From assembly GCA_963774955.1 (NCBI GenBank), contig CAVZGV010000004.1, positions 67,522-131,521 of the forward strand: a stretch of DNA of 64,000 bases, read 5' to 3'. Source of the DNA: Candidatus Falkowbacteria bacterium (GTDB lineage: Bacteria > Patescibacteriota > Patescibacteriia > CAIXNZ01). The position numbers and the translations under genes were made by a program. Under the pieces are notes generated by a model. It was given only the letters and a program-made list of their open reading frames with translations, ran no database searches and was not told the origin of the DNA. Shown here one piece after another: positions 40,022 through 49,848 of the stretch; within the stretch, counting starts at the first letter, position 1, and every line of letters begins with the position of its first letter.

Positions 40022-40279
40022 TCAGGCTAAATAGCCGCTTTGTTTATGCCAGGTACCTTTGACCCAAATGGTCAGCGGTCCTTTATTGGTCACATCATCA
40101 GCCAAGGCCGGACGATGTTGTTCCAGCAGGCTCAAGGCCTGGGCTTTAATTTGTTCATCGTTTGCCCACGTTTCCATAAGCATCCAGAAAAAAACACAGA
40201 CAAACAAATCTATGGCCATTCTGGTATCCTTAACCACGGAGGGAAAGCGATCTCTTAGATTTTCTTTGTTTGCAAACAT
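40022..40279 (-). CDS. Hypothetical protein
   Basis: GAGGA SD before ATG 40279. Confidence 0.55.
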   Translation of the reverse strand: MFANKENLRDRFPSVVKDTRMAIDLFVCVFFWMLMETWANDEQIKAQALSLLEQHRPALADDVTNKGPLTIWVKGTWHKQSGYLA

Positions 40280-40314
40280 TACTTCCTCCTTTTTCAATGT
40301 ATGAAAATTAATTT

Positions 40315-40392
40315 TGGTGCGCGAGACCGGAATCGCCCGCCAGAGGGCGGGTCCGCCTTCGGCGGAACCCCTCTGCTAGTATTTTCCCGCGC
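40315..40392 (-). pseudogene. tRNA remnant: acceptor stem, T arm and CCA, with a REP in the T loop
   Basis: Minus strand GCGCGGG...GGTTC[CGCCGAAGGCGGACCCGCCCTCTGGCGGGC]GATTCCGGTCTCGCGCACCA. Confidence 0.65.
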
Positions 40393-40644
40393 ACACAAAA
40401 TAATATAGCCTCCAAGCTATTCACCTATATTAACATAGATTAAAGCTTTTGTCAAGACTTACATAATTCGTGCGTTATGTTAAAATAGTCATATAATCTT
40501 TATTGAACTATTCTACTATTTGTCATAAGAAAAAGCCTCCTCTGTGTCATGGTGAGCTCAGTCGAACCATACACCGACGGCGCCACCCGTTCGACTATGC
40601 TCAGGGTGACAGAGGAGGCTTTTTCTCTTTAACCCAATTACCCA

Positions 40645-41616
40645 ATGATCATCTTCCTCTACGGCGAAGACACCTACCGTTCCAGCCAAAAACTTAACCA
40701 AATCAAGGACAAATTCATCAAAGAAGTTGATTCTTCGGGTATGAATTTAATTACTCTAAACGGCGCTAAACTTAAATTTGAAGAATTCAACCATCAGGTA
40801 AAGGCCTCCCCTTTTTTAGCCCGTAAACGGATGATTATTATAAAAAATTTAATTTCAGATAACAAATCCAAGGAAATTCAGAAAGAAATTGTAGACTTAT
40901 TAAATACTGAATGGAAAAATCCCCAGGAAGATAATATTCTAATTTTCTGGGAAGCAGTTGATCATTCCAAGACTAAAAGTAAAAATGCACTTTGGGACAG
41001 ATTGGGTAAAGAAAAATTTGCTGAAGAATTTAAGCCTTTAAAACCAATACAAATTAATTCCTGGATAGAAAAGGAAATTATTAAGCGCAAGGCCAAAATT
41101 GAAAAATCAGCCGTGACCCTCTTAGCGGCCATGGTGGGCAATGATCTGTGGCAAATGTCCAGTGAAATTGAAAAACTGATTAATTATTGCCAAGAACGTC
41201 CAATCAATACTACGGATATAGAAAACATAGTTAAGGCAAAGTTTGATGATAATATTTTTAACTTAGTTGATGCTTTAGGCAATAATAATAAAAAACTGGC
41301 TTTAAAGCTAATGGCTGATCAGTTTAGCCTGGAATCTGATGAAATGTATTTACTCTCTATGCTGATTCGACAATTTCGTATTTTGCTTTTAACTAAGGAA
41401 TTAAGTGAAATTAATCCCCGTCTTGGCAAAGAAAAAGTCGCTCAGGAGTTAAGCCTCCACCCTTTTGTTGCCCAAAAAGCCTTATGGCAAATAAAAAATT
41501 TTACTTTGGATAAATTGAAACAAATATATCGAATGCTCTTGGATATTGATTTTAGAATTAAAACCAGCAATCAGAAACCAAGGCTGCTTTTTGATCTATT
41601 TATCGCCCAAATTTAA
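40645..41616 (+). CDS. holA: DNA polymerase III delta subunit
   Basis: FLYGED, PFLA.KR, EIEKL..Y, IFNLVDA, L.RQFR, HPFVAQK, D..IKT. Confidence 0.93.
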   Translation: MIIFLYGEDTYRSSQKLNQIKDKFIKEVDSSGMNLITLNGAKLKFEEFNHQVKASPFLARKRMIIIKNLISDNKSKEIQKEIVDLLNTEWKNPQEDNILIFWEAVDHSKTKSKNALWDRLGKEKFAEEFKPLKPIQINSWIEKEIIKRKAKIEKSAVTLLAAMVGNDLWQMSSEIEKLINYCQERPINTTDIENIVKAKFDDNIFNLVDALGNNNKKLALKLMADQFSLESDEMYLLSMLIRQFRILLLTKELSEINPRLGKEKVAQELSLHPFVAQKALWQIKNFTLDKLKQIYRMLLDIDFRIKTSNQKPRLLFDLFIAQI

Positions 41617-41623
41617 AAGAGGC

Positions 41624-41962
41624 TCAGAGAGCCTCTTTTGTATGTTTTTCCCAGTCATCAGGGCTTACCGGCTTAGGTAAAAAGATGACATTGTGGGGAA
41701 TATCCGCCTGATCTAGACCGCCGCCAGAAGTAATGATTACTTTTAGCTGAGGAAATTTTTCCCTGACCTTAGCAATCAATTCTAGACCATTCATACCAGA
41801 CATTTGAAAATCAGTAATCATCATCTCTATCACCTGTGCTTGCAAACATACCAGGGCCTGCTGACCGTTTTCAGCTTCGATAACTTCGTGTCCCAACCGC
41901 TTTAAACTTTTTACCACCGCTTTTCTTACATTATAATCATCATCTACTACTAAAATACGCAT
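41624..41962 (-). CDS. Stand-alone response regulator receiver
   Basis: ILVVDDD, ITDFQM.GMNG, ITSG, LPKP. Confidence 0.9.
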   Translation of the reverse strand: MRILVVDDDYNVRKAVVKSLKRLGHEVIEAENGQQALVCLQAQVIEMMITDFQMSGMNGLELIAKVREKFPQLKVIITSGGGLDQADIPHNVIFLPKPVSPDDWEKHTKEAL

Positions 41963-42073
41963 ACTTCTCTCCTTTTGGGTAAAAAAAATATGTCCCCTGA
42001 TTGAGACATTGTAGATTATAGCATATAAATGACAAAATAAAAAGAACTCCGTTGTCCGGAGCTCTTTTTTATA

Positions 42074-42391
42074 TTATTTTTTTTCAATTTTCTGTTCAAC
42101 TTTTTTTTCAATCTTCTTTTCTGCCTGTCCACCTTTTCGGTAATAGCTCATTAACCTTGAAAGTTTTCTGGCAGCGGTATTTTTCTTCATGATATTCTTT
42201 TGCGCAGCTTTATCTAAACCTTTTTGTGCCTGTTTAATCATGGGATCAATTTTGTCTTTGGCTTCCTTTTTATCAATAGCCTGACGCACTTTTTTCATTA
42301 AGGTTTTTAAATCTTCACGCACTTTCATATTACGCTCAGCATGACGCTGGGTTTGTCTCAAGGCTTTCTTTGATTGCTGTTTAATTGGCAT
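42074..42391 (-). CDS. rpsT: 30S ribosomal protein S20
   Basis: MPIKQQSKKALRQ...N, LDKAAQK.IMKKNTAARKLSRL. Confidence 0.95.
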   Translation of the reverse strand: MPIKQQSKKALRQTQRHAERNMKVREDLKTLMKKVRQAIDKKEAKDKIDPMIKQAQKGLDKAAQKNIMKKNTAARKLSRLMSYYRKGGQAEKKIEKKVEQKIEKK

Positions 42392-42500
42392 ATTTTGATA
42401 AAATAAAGATTTAATTTATAAAATTAAGAGCTCAGTGGCAACAAAGCTCTTAGCTAAAATACTACCAAACTTCTATATTTATGTCAAGTTATCCGAATCC

Positions 42501-43565
42501 TTATACTTGGGGCTTATCTAATTCCAAGGGTTCTATCTCCCCTTCCATTCCGGTAATTTTAACAACATCCTTATCAATTTTCTTAAACTCTTTATAAGCG
42601 CTATTATACATACCAACAGTTGTGCCCAGATTATTACCCAGTTTTTGCAAATATGAATCATAAGCCAGCAAATGTTTTTGTAATTGCTCCACTCTTTCTC
42701 TGATTTGCTGAGCCGATTTTTCAATTTGCACAGCCTTTAGCCCCTGCAAAACCGTCTGCAAATAGGCCAAAAACGAAGTCGGTGAAACAATAATCACATG
42801 CTTTTCCTTCATGGCATATTCAATTAAATCCCGGGTATTAACTTTTACTGCACCGACCTGATTGATTAATAAATCATAATAGATTGCTTCGGCCGGAATA
42901 AACATAAACGCAAATTCCATGGTTTTTTCTGCAGGTCTGATGTATTTTGAAGTTTCATCAATGCGATTTTTCAAATCTTGTTTAAATAATTTTTCCAATT
43001 TTTCTTTTTCAGCGCTGTTTTTTTCTTCAACTATTTTATTATAATTTTCCAGGGAAAACTTAGAATCTACAGGTATTATTCTATCATTGACAAAAATTAC
43101 TGCGTCAACAATTTCTCCATCCTTAAATTTATATTGCATTTGAAAAGTATGCGGTGGTAAAACATTCTTTAATAATGTCTCCAAAAAATATTCACCTAAA
43201 ATACCGCGCTGCTTGGGATTGGTTAAAATATTTTCCAAACTTTGAAGTTGTTCAGCAAAACCAATTACTTGCTTATTGGTTTCATCCAATTTGGTTAATT
43301 TTTCTGTTACATCCTGAACAATCTTAGCTGTCTGGCCAAACTGTTGCTGCATGGACTTATGAGTATTATTCAACCCGTCACTGATTGTTTTACTATTTAT
43401 ATTTAAGCCTTCACTCAGGACTTTGCTTAATTCATTAAGTTGATTTTGCAGCATTAAAAGTGATTGGTCGTCTTTTTTAGGCTGAGAACTTTTTGACAAA
43501 AAAATAAGTACGGCAGCAAAGCCGGCAATTACAAGAACAATTAAGATAATTGAGGTTAAATCCAT
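42501..43565 (-). CDS. rmuC: DNA recombination protein RmuC
   Basis: N-terminal TM, K.RG.LGE..LE, VDSKF, KYI, FMFIPAE, IVSPT. Confidence 0.93.
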   Translation of the reverse strand: MDLTSIILIVLVIAGFAAVLIFLSKSSQPKKDDQSLLMLQNQLNELSKVLSEGLNINSKTISDGLNNTHKSMQQQFGQTAKIVQDVTEKLTKLDETNKQVIGFAEQLQSLENILTNPKQRGILGEYFLETLLKNVLPPHTFQMQYKFKDGEIVDAVIFVNDRIIPVDSKFSLENYNKIVEEKNSAEKEKLEKLFKQDLKNRIDETSKYIRPAEKTMEFAFMFIPAEAIYYDLLINQVGAVKVNTRDLIEYAMKEKHVIIVSPTSFLAYLQTVLQGLKAVQIEKSAQQIRERVEQLQKHLLAYDSYLQKLGNNLGTTVGMYNSAYKEFKKIDKDVVKITGMEGEIEPLELDKPQV

Positions 43566-43659
43566 AAAAATATATTTTAATTATAGCCTAATTGTATCAA
43601 TCTGTATCTAAATATGCAACCAACTTGACTAAGCATTACATTACTAATAATATATAGTT

Positions 43660-43812
43660 AAATCTGGCTAAAGAGGTCATTTCCCAAAAGAAGAATCAAC
43701 AGCGAAATCAATTCTTCTAGTGGGTATGCCGATCGCGACCAACCACTCCCCCGTGGTTCCCTTGCCAAGTCTTTAGCCAGACCGGGGAAGCCATTTTGGC
43801 TTCCCCTATTTT
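43660..43812 (+). ncRNA. Candidate structured ncRNA of unknown class
   Basis: TTGACT-17-TAATAT promoter; 12-bp closing stem TCTGGCTAAAGA/TCTTTAGCCAGA; terminator GGGGAAGCCA-TTT-TGGCTTCCCC; no + strand ORF in the track. Confidence 0.55.
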
Positions 43813-44011
43813 ATTTCGAGGAATCATTCTATTGCTCAGCTCAAAATTTAATGTTAAAATCATATAAAGATACATAATTATACTTTTAGATGAAATTTTG
43901 TATGTCCAAAACATAAAATTACCAAAACCATTGATTATTTTATTTATAGCGACACCTATTTTTGACTAAAACTATTTATTATTTCAATAATTTGCATTAT
44001 TCATATATAAA

Positions 44012-44027
44012 TGTTTCACGTGAAACA
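44012..44027. promoter_or_regulatory. parS centromere-like site
   Basis: TGTTTCACGTGAAACA, exact parS consensus palindrome. Confidence 0.85.
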
Positions 44028-44105
44028 TTTTTAAATTAAGGCTAATTATAGTAAAATTCTAACAATAGTCCCCTATTTGATTATAATCAAAATAAGGATT
44101 AATAC

Positions 44106-44177
44106 GTCCCTGTAGTTCAACGGATAGAACGAGAGACTCCTAAGCTCTAGATGGAGGTTCAATTCCTCCCGGGGACA
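44106..44177 (+). tRNA. tRNA-Arg(CCT)
   Basis: Acceptor GTCCCTG/CGGGGAC, loop CTCCTAA, GGTTCAATTCC; 3' end duplicated at 44221-44236 after a REP. Confidence 0.9.
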
Positions 44178-44244
44178 TAAGTTTCTCCGCCAAAGGCGGA
44201 TCCGCCTCCGGCGGAAATTTCTCCCGGGGACATAAGCCTATATA

Positions 44245-44494
44245 AGAGCCTTTAGCTCATCTGGCCTTAGTCGGCCGTAGCTCGGAGAGCAAAGGCCGAT
44301 AGAGTGCTTCCATGGCGTGTTTGCCCGCCGAAATTATGCTGTATTAAAATTGAAATAATGGGCTCTTAGCTCATCTGGTAGAGCGCTTCCATGGCATGGA
44401 AGAGGTAAGGGGTTCGATCCCCCTAGAGTCCACAAATACTATTTGCGTAGGTGGGGCATGGAAGAGGTGAGTGGTTCGAGTCCTGTAGGGTCTA
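44245..44494 (+). pseudogene. Outer, fragmented tRNA-Ala copy enclosing the intact tRNA-Ala
   Basis: GAGCCTTTAGCTCATCTGG[REP]TAGAGTGCTTCCATGGC ... GCATGGAAGAGGTGAGTGGTTCGAGTCCTGTAGGGTCTA. Confidence 0.8.
44360..44432 (+). tRNA. tRNA-Ala(GGC)
   Basis: Acceptor GGGCTCT/AGAGTCC with G3:U70, arm CTTCC-ATGGCAT-GGAAG, GGTTCGATCC. Confidence 0.95.
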
Positions 44495-44807
44495 CTCCTA
44501 CGCTCTACGGAGCTTCGGAGTGCACTGCACTCCATAATTATATAAATAATGGCTATTTAGCTCCCGTCTTCGCCTTTACCTATTAGCAAAGGGAAGTATA
44601 TATACTGAAATTACTTAAGCTTCGGTGGGCAGGCCTACCTTCGCCTATAGATATTTCTAAATGGGAGGTATATTCCTGAATAACTCGGGCTACGGTAGGC
44701 ACGCAGCTAAAAAGGAGGCGAAATTTGTGGAGGCTAACCAGCTACGGTGGGCATTGGCCCACACAAAACTTTTTACATTAAACTTTTGACTTTTAACTTA
44801 TTGAAAT

Positions 44808-45884
44808 ATGTCATTATCCATCGGCATTGTTGGTCTGCCAAATGTAGGCAAATCAACCATATTCAATGCCTTAACCCAACAAAAAGTAGATGCGGCCAAT
44901 TATCCCTTTTGTACGATTAATCCAAACGTGGGCTGTGTTAAGGTACCTGATCAAAGACTTGATAAACTTAGTGAAATGTCCAAGTCAGAAAAGATCATTT
45001 ATTCAACCATTGAATTTATAGATATTGCCGGTTTAGTCAGGGGAGCGAGTAAAGGTGAAGGTTTAGGCAACAAGTTTTTGACTAACATTAGGGAATGTAA
45101 TGCTATTTGCCATATTTTACGACACTTTGTTAATGATAACATAACCCACGTTGAGAATAGAATTTCAGCTAGGGATGACCTGGAAATTATTAATATGGAG
45201 CTAATGTTAGCTGATTTGGATCAGGTTAATGCCAAAATCAAAGCTATTAAAAGTGATAATGCCTTTAAAGAACTATTTCAGCTTTTAGAAAAGATTAAGC
45301 TGGGATTGGATAACAATACCTTAATAATAGATCTGAATTTAACTCCAGAGGAATTTGCCTTAATCCGTGAATACAATTTTTTATCAGCTAAGCCTTGTAT
45401 CTATGTTTTTAATATTTCGGAGGCAGACCTAAATAAAAGTAAAGAGCAAATTTTGTCAGAAGCAAATTTACAATTAGATCCGGAAAAGGTTATCTTAGTT
45501 TGCGCTAAAATGGAAGAAGAACTGATTCAACTTTCAGAACAAGAAGCTTTAGACTATTTAAAAGATTTTCAGGTTGAACAAACAGGCTTACAAAAAATGA
45601 TAATTGCCGGATACAAACTTGTAAATTATATTTCCATGTTAACCACCGGACCAAAGGAAACTAGGTCCTGGCAAATTATTAAAGGCTCAAAGGCGCCCCA
45701 GGCAGCAGGGAAGATTCATACTGATTTTGAAAAAGGTTTTGCCAGAGTGGAAGTCATTGAATGGCAAAAACTGCTGGACTGCGGCGGCTGGTCTCAAGCT
45801 AGAGATAAAGGTTTAATCAGGATGGAAGGGAAGGAGTATGAAGTTAAGGACGGTGATGTAGTCATCTTTCATTTCAATAATTAA
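44808..45884 (+). CDS. ychF: Ribosome-binding ATPase YchF
   Basis: GIVGLPNVGKST, ANYPFCTI, DIAGLVRGAS.GEGLGNKFL, APQAAGKIHTDF, EGKEY.V.DGDV. Confidence 0.97.
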   Translation: MSLSIGIVGLPNVGKSTIFNALTQQKVDAANYPFCTINPNVGCVKVPDQRLDKLSEMSKSEKIIYSTIEFIDIAGLVRGASKGEGLGNKFLTNIRECNAICHILRHFVNDNITHVENRISARDDLEIINMELMLADLDQVNAKIKAIKSDNAFKELFQLLEKIKLGLDNNTLIIDLNLTPEEFALIREYNFLSAKPCIYVFNISEADLNKSKEQILSEANLQLDPEKVILVCAKMEEELIQLSEQEALDYLKDFQVEQTGLQKMIIAGYKLVNYISMLTTGPKETRSWQIIKGSKAPQAAGKIHTDFEKGFARVEVIEWQKLLDCGGWSQARDKGLIRMEGKEYEVKDGDVVIFHFNN

Positions 45885-45960
45885 AAGAACCGTTCCACGA
45901 GGTGGAACGGTTTTATATATAAAAGCACTTTATAAGACTTGCTCGGGTCTGTTACGGGAA

Positions 45961-46395
45961 TCACTCCAGCATCTTGGCTAACACAGCATCAAAGTCCATG
46001 CTGGCAAGAACACACATAGTTTTAATGGATTTTTTAAATCCATTAAATCTATTTGCATCATTAACCAACTCTTCTCGGTCGTAACGGTCAACCGTTACTC
46101 TTCCGAAAGTTGTGTTAACGAAGTGTGCTTGTCCAACTTTGACATCATGGATTAGCTGAATCCATTTTGTCAAAAATTCTGCTGCTGCTGACTGGATATC
46201 CGCATCAACCTGCACAACTGTTCCCTGGTCAACCATTTCGATTAACCGTCGAGGGTCGTGCATTCCTATTTTATATAGGAAATTATTGATGGGAGCATCC
46301 CAGTCAAATGCCCAATGATGCCCTTCATTTACAGCCAGTTTTCTGGCTTCGTTTGTCAGAGAACCAGTAAGCGCGGAAAGATTGAATATCGTCAT
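45961..46395 (-). CDS. Hypothetical protein
   Basis: AGGAG SD; 144 aa. Confidence 0.6.
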   Translation of the reverse strand: MTIFNLSALTGSLTNEARKLAVNEGHHWAFDWDAPINNFLYKIGMHDPRRLIEMVDQGTVVQVDADIQSAAAEFLTKWIQLIHDVKVGQAHFVNTTFGRVTVDRYDREELVNDANRFNGFKKSIKTMCVLASMDFDAVLAKMLE

Positions 46396-46604
46396 GGTAA
46401 GACTCCTAATCTACTTATAAAGCGCCGAGATAGGCGCGGCTAGGGGTAAAAATAAGTAACAACATTATTTAATGATTTTATTATTAAATTTTTTATAAAG
46501 AACTTACCTATATTTCAATCTTTAAGTAATTGACTTAAAGGCTGAATGTAGGAGGGGAGTAAAACATTGTTTTACTCCCGCAAATTGCTGACAATGACCG
46601 CTTG

Positions 46605-47012
46605 TCAGACGCCCCGAGGCTTCCTCGGAGTATGACGTCGCCAAACACTGTTACAAATATGGCGACGATGCCAGTATTGGGGATCTGGCTTATAGGGATG
46701 ATCTCCGTAGATCTGAATACCTTTTCGAGGTCCGATTACGACTTCGAAGTCGAATCCCTCGAAATTACCTACGAGACGATCTCCCGGTTTATTTAGCCCA
46801 GCCCGCTCTAATTCCTCTCTGGCCCAGGCTTTTCTTCTAATAAAGAACTCGATTTTATTATCATCATAATATTTGCTTCTGGGTATCACGCATTCCTTTG
46901 GGATAGATTTATTCTCCAGAGGGAGAAGCTTCTCTATCGGAATGTCAATACTCACAAGCCCGCGTCTCGGTCCTACGAAGTAACGATCTTTAGTTTTATC
47001 TTTGCCTTTCAT
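46605..47012 (-). CDS. Hypothetical basic protein
   Basis: Likely ATG at 47012 after AAGGG. Confidence 0.5.
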   Translation of the reverse strand: MKGKDKTKDRYFVGPRRGLVSIDIPIEKLLPLENKSIPKECVIPRSKYYDDNKIEFFIRRKAWAREELERAGLNKPGDRLVGNFEGFDFEVVIGPRKGIQIYGDHPYKPDPQYWHRRHICNSVWRRHTPRKPRGV

Positions 47013-47138
47013 TACTTTTCCCCTTTCCGCAATCAAGCGGTGTTGGTGATTAATCTTTAAAGAACTTTGACCTATGTTTCAATCTTTCTCTTCTTTGTTT
47101 TTAACTTAGAAGAGCAGGACTAAAGTTAGGAGGCAATG

Positions 47139-47267
47139 TTATTCAAGTTTGACCTCGATAACATTGCCGTTTGGCAGAATGTAGGCTCGGATGAGCCCGT
47201 CCTCGAAGCGACCTTCGAGATACGGGACGCCCAGGGCCGCCATGATGCCGATAAGTTTCATAATCAT
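47139..47267 (-). CDS. Very small hypothetical protein (42 aa)
   Basis: AAGGAGG SD before ATG 47267. Confidence 0.5.
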   Translation of the reverse strand: MIMKLIGIMAALGVPYLEGRFEDGLIRAYILPNGNVIEVKLE

Positions 47268-47325
47268 CTTTTTTTCCTCCTTGTCCGCCTTTGGCGAACG
47301 GGTTGAGGGTGGATGTTTCAGTGGA

Positions 47326-47571
47326 TTAGTAAGAGGAGGGGGACTCCACTTCCCAGCTCGGCAACAGCTGTTTGAGCTGTTCGACGCTGTATGGCCCAAA
47401 GCCATAGGAAGTGCCGAAAATGCGATTGCTGTCCAAATCAGCCAGACCGCCACCAGCCACCGAACTTTCCGGCACACCGGTTCTTTCAGCGATTTCCGCG
47501 TGAAAGTCGCGGGTGTAGTGCCGATCGCCGAAAATCACCTGACCACCGGAAACGATGAACTTAACGGTCAT
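47326..47571 (-). CDS. Small hypothetical protein
   Basis: AAGGAG SD; H...H...AGGG...GTSYGFG. Confidence 0.6.
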   Translation of the reverse strand: MTVKFIVSGGQVIFGDRHYTRDFHAEIAERTGVPESSVAGGGLADLDSNRIFGTSYGFGPYSVEQLKQLLPSWEVESPSSY

Positions 47572-47837
47572 GATTATCTCCTTTTTTCTGAATAAGTGTG
47601 ATTATGTATCTTTAAAGAACTAGTTGTTTATCTTCACAGGATTGAGTAAGCTCTTATCGCTCTCTCAGCCTGATTAAGCAGTATAGCATATATTTCCAAT
47701 CTTGTCAAGACTTATTGGACAATATTTATGTATTTAAAATTCTTTGGACAAACCCATTAAATAAGGGCTTGTATTTATTATTGGAATGTGCTATAATTGG
47801 AAGTGTCCAATAAATACTACAACTTTTCTTAACCCTT

Positions 47838-48581
47838 ATGCAAGACCAAATTAACATTCTCAAACAATTAGGCCTTAATGAAAACGAAGCTAAGTTCTAC
47901 TTGGCTGCTTTGGAATTGGGACCGACTACAATACTTAAATTATCAAAAAAAACCGGCCTGCAAAGGAGCTCTATCTATGAATTTATGGATAATTTGCTAG
48001 AAAAAGGGGTTATTGAGACTGTAATTTCAGGCAAAAGAAAGCTCTATAAAGGCGCTGAACCTGAAAAACTTAAACATTTATTAAAACGGCAAGAGGAATT
48101 ATTGGATTCCATTATCCCTGAACTTTCAGCCTTAATGAATAAAGGAATCCAGCGACCTAAAATTATGCTTTTTGAGGGCACAGAAGGCATAAAAAGAGTA
48201 TATGAGGATTTATTGGATCAACCTGAAGGTTCTGAGTTTGTCGCCTTTACTAGCGTAGAAGATATTATGAGTGTTATATCCGAATCATATAAAGCCAGCT
48301 TTTTAAACCGCAGAACCAAAAGGAATATTTCCGTCAAAGTAATATTAAAAACAGATAAATTTTCTAAAGAATATATAGCAGACAATAAAAAAGAGATAAG
48401 AGAAACTAAAGCTGTTAGCAAAAAAGATTTTCCATTATCCAATGAAATTAATATTTATCAGAATAAGGTGGGTGTATTATCATTTGGAGATGAAAAAATA
48501 GGAGTAATCATTGAATCACCCCAGATAGCCAATTCCATGCGGGCTATTTTTAATTTATTATGGGCCAATTTAAAAAGTTAA
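47838..48581 (+). CDS. TrmB-family transcriptional regulator
   Basis: LGLNENEAKFYLA.LELG, RSSIY..L..KG, FEG.EG, NIYQNKV, IES..IA.SM..IF. Confidence 0.9.
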   Translation: MQDQINILKQLGLNENEAKFYLAALELGPTTILKLSKKTGLQRSSIYEFMDNLLEKGVIETVISGKRKLYKGAEPEKLKHLLKRQEELLDSIIPELSALMNKGIQRPKIMLFEGTEGIKRVYEDLLDQPEGSEFVAFTSVEDIMSVISESYKASFLNRRTKRNISVKVILKTDKFSKEYIADNKKEIRETKAVSKKDFPLSNEINIYQNKVGVLSFGDEKIGVIIESPQIANSMRAIFNLLWANLKS

Positions 48582-48639
48582 CATCCGTTTAAATTTTAAA
48601 TTAGAAAAGCCTCCCGCATGTTTGCGGGAGGCTTTTGGT

Positions 48640-49848
48640 TTAGCCTTGAATCCTGATGCCATCACTCGGTCTGGCGCAAAAGGACATAGGCATGATTTCA
48701 CTGATTTCAGCTTCAATTGGACTTAGAGAGTCCAATATGCATTTCTGCTTCAGTTCTGCGGGTTTCAAGGTTGTGATATCAACCGCATGAAATTTACTGA
48801 GCTTTTTCTTAATTTCGTACAAATAAGTACGAAAGTCGCCCAAAAGTCCAAGGGCTGAGTTGAACTTTTTATCTTCGGGACCACGCAGGATTTCCATGAT
48901 TTTGTACAGCAAAGCTGCAACTTCCTGCGTAAAATCTTCTGTGGCTGTCGGTACAAAATTAAGGCCTGCCAAGGCCTTGAGGATGCCGATGGCTGTAAAC
49001 TCAATGTTTTGCTTGCCGATCCCACTGATGTGAGTTTTGCCATCAACTACCACGACACTGACAGAAACTTCTTTAACCGGTTCCTGAACAGGCTCTTCAA
49101 CAAGATCAACAAGCTCATAAATTTCACCCTCAAGATCCGCCTCATAGTCCTTAATCAGATTAAGTAAATGAGGTTTGGTCTTGAAGCGTGGCAAGGTTTT
49201 CTTGATCAAAGTTGTGAGCTCGTCAACGTTTGTTTTGATACCTGACTCCGGCAGATATTTTACTATCAGCCGGTTCAAATCTTCAGCAAAGACCCAGCGT
49301 TGTCTGTCACGCAAGGAGACTGATTCCGGGAAACGCCGACTGGGCAGCATGGCCAACTTAATCAATGAACGGAGCAAGTCTTCACGTTCAATCTTTTCCA
49401 GTTCTTCGACGGGGATATCTGGCTTAAACTGGTCCGTGGAAATTTCTTCATTGCAATCAAGAAAATTCCTTAAATGGCGAAATGACTCCAGACTGTTTTG
49501 GTCATACCACATCACATCAGCGGCAATTTGGCCATAGCTGACTGTCGGGTGATCAGGATCGGTGAAAAATTCATATAAAATCTTCTCCAGATCTTCCCAC
49601 ATATCAATGGGCGCCCGACTTTGGTATAGGGCATAGGCCATCAGTTTCCAGCCTTCATTAAAAATGGAGGCGGCTAAGGCCCGATGTTCCTCACCATGTG
49701 TAGCACTAAGCCTGGCATTTTCAATGAATTCTGACCACAGGATTCCATGATTTAGGTCCACGAAAAACCGTTGCAGAAATTCACGAAAAAGAATCAGGCT
49801 ATATTCCTTTTCAATAGCATTCTTATCATCAAAAACCTGCATATTCAT
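48640..49848 (-). CDS. Hypothetical protein
   Basis: AAGGAG SD; 402 aa. Confidence 0.65.
   Translation of the reverse strand: MNMQVFDDKNAIEKEYSLILFREFLQRFFVDLNHGILWSEFIENARLSATHGEEHRALAASIFNEGWKLMAYALYQSRAPIDMWEDLEKILYEFFTDPDHPTVSYGQIAADVMWYDQNSLESFRHLRNFLDCNEEISTDQFKPDIPVEELEKIEREDLLRSLIKLAMLPSRRFPESVSLRDRQRWVFAEDLNRLIVKYLPESGIKTNVDELTTLIKKTLPRFKTKPHLLNLIKDYEADLEGEIYELVDLVEEPVQEPVKEVSVSVVVVDGKTHISGIGKQNIEFTAIGILKALAGLNFVPTATEDFTQEVAALLYKIMEILRGPEDKKFNSALGLLGDFRTYLYEIKKKLSKFHAVDITTLKPAELKQKCILDSLSPIEAEISEIMPMSFCARPSDGIRIQG

Noticed and set aside
43717-43914. 65-aa minus-strand ORF
   Set aside because: No SD or motif; it overlaps a better-supported + strand structured RNA and terminator.
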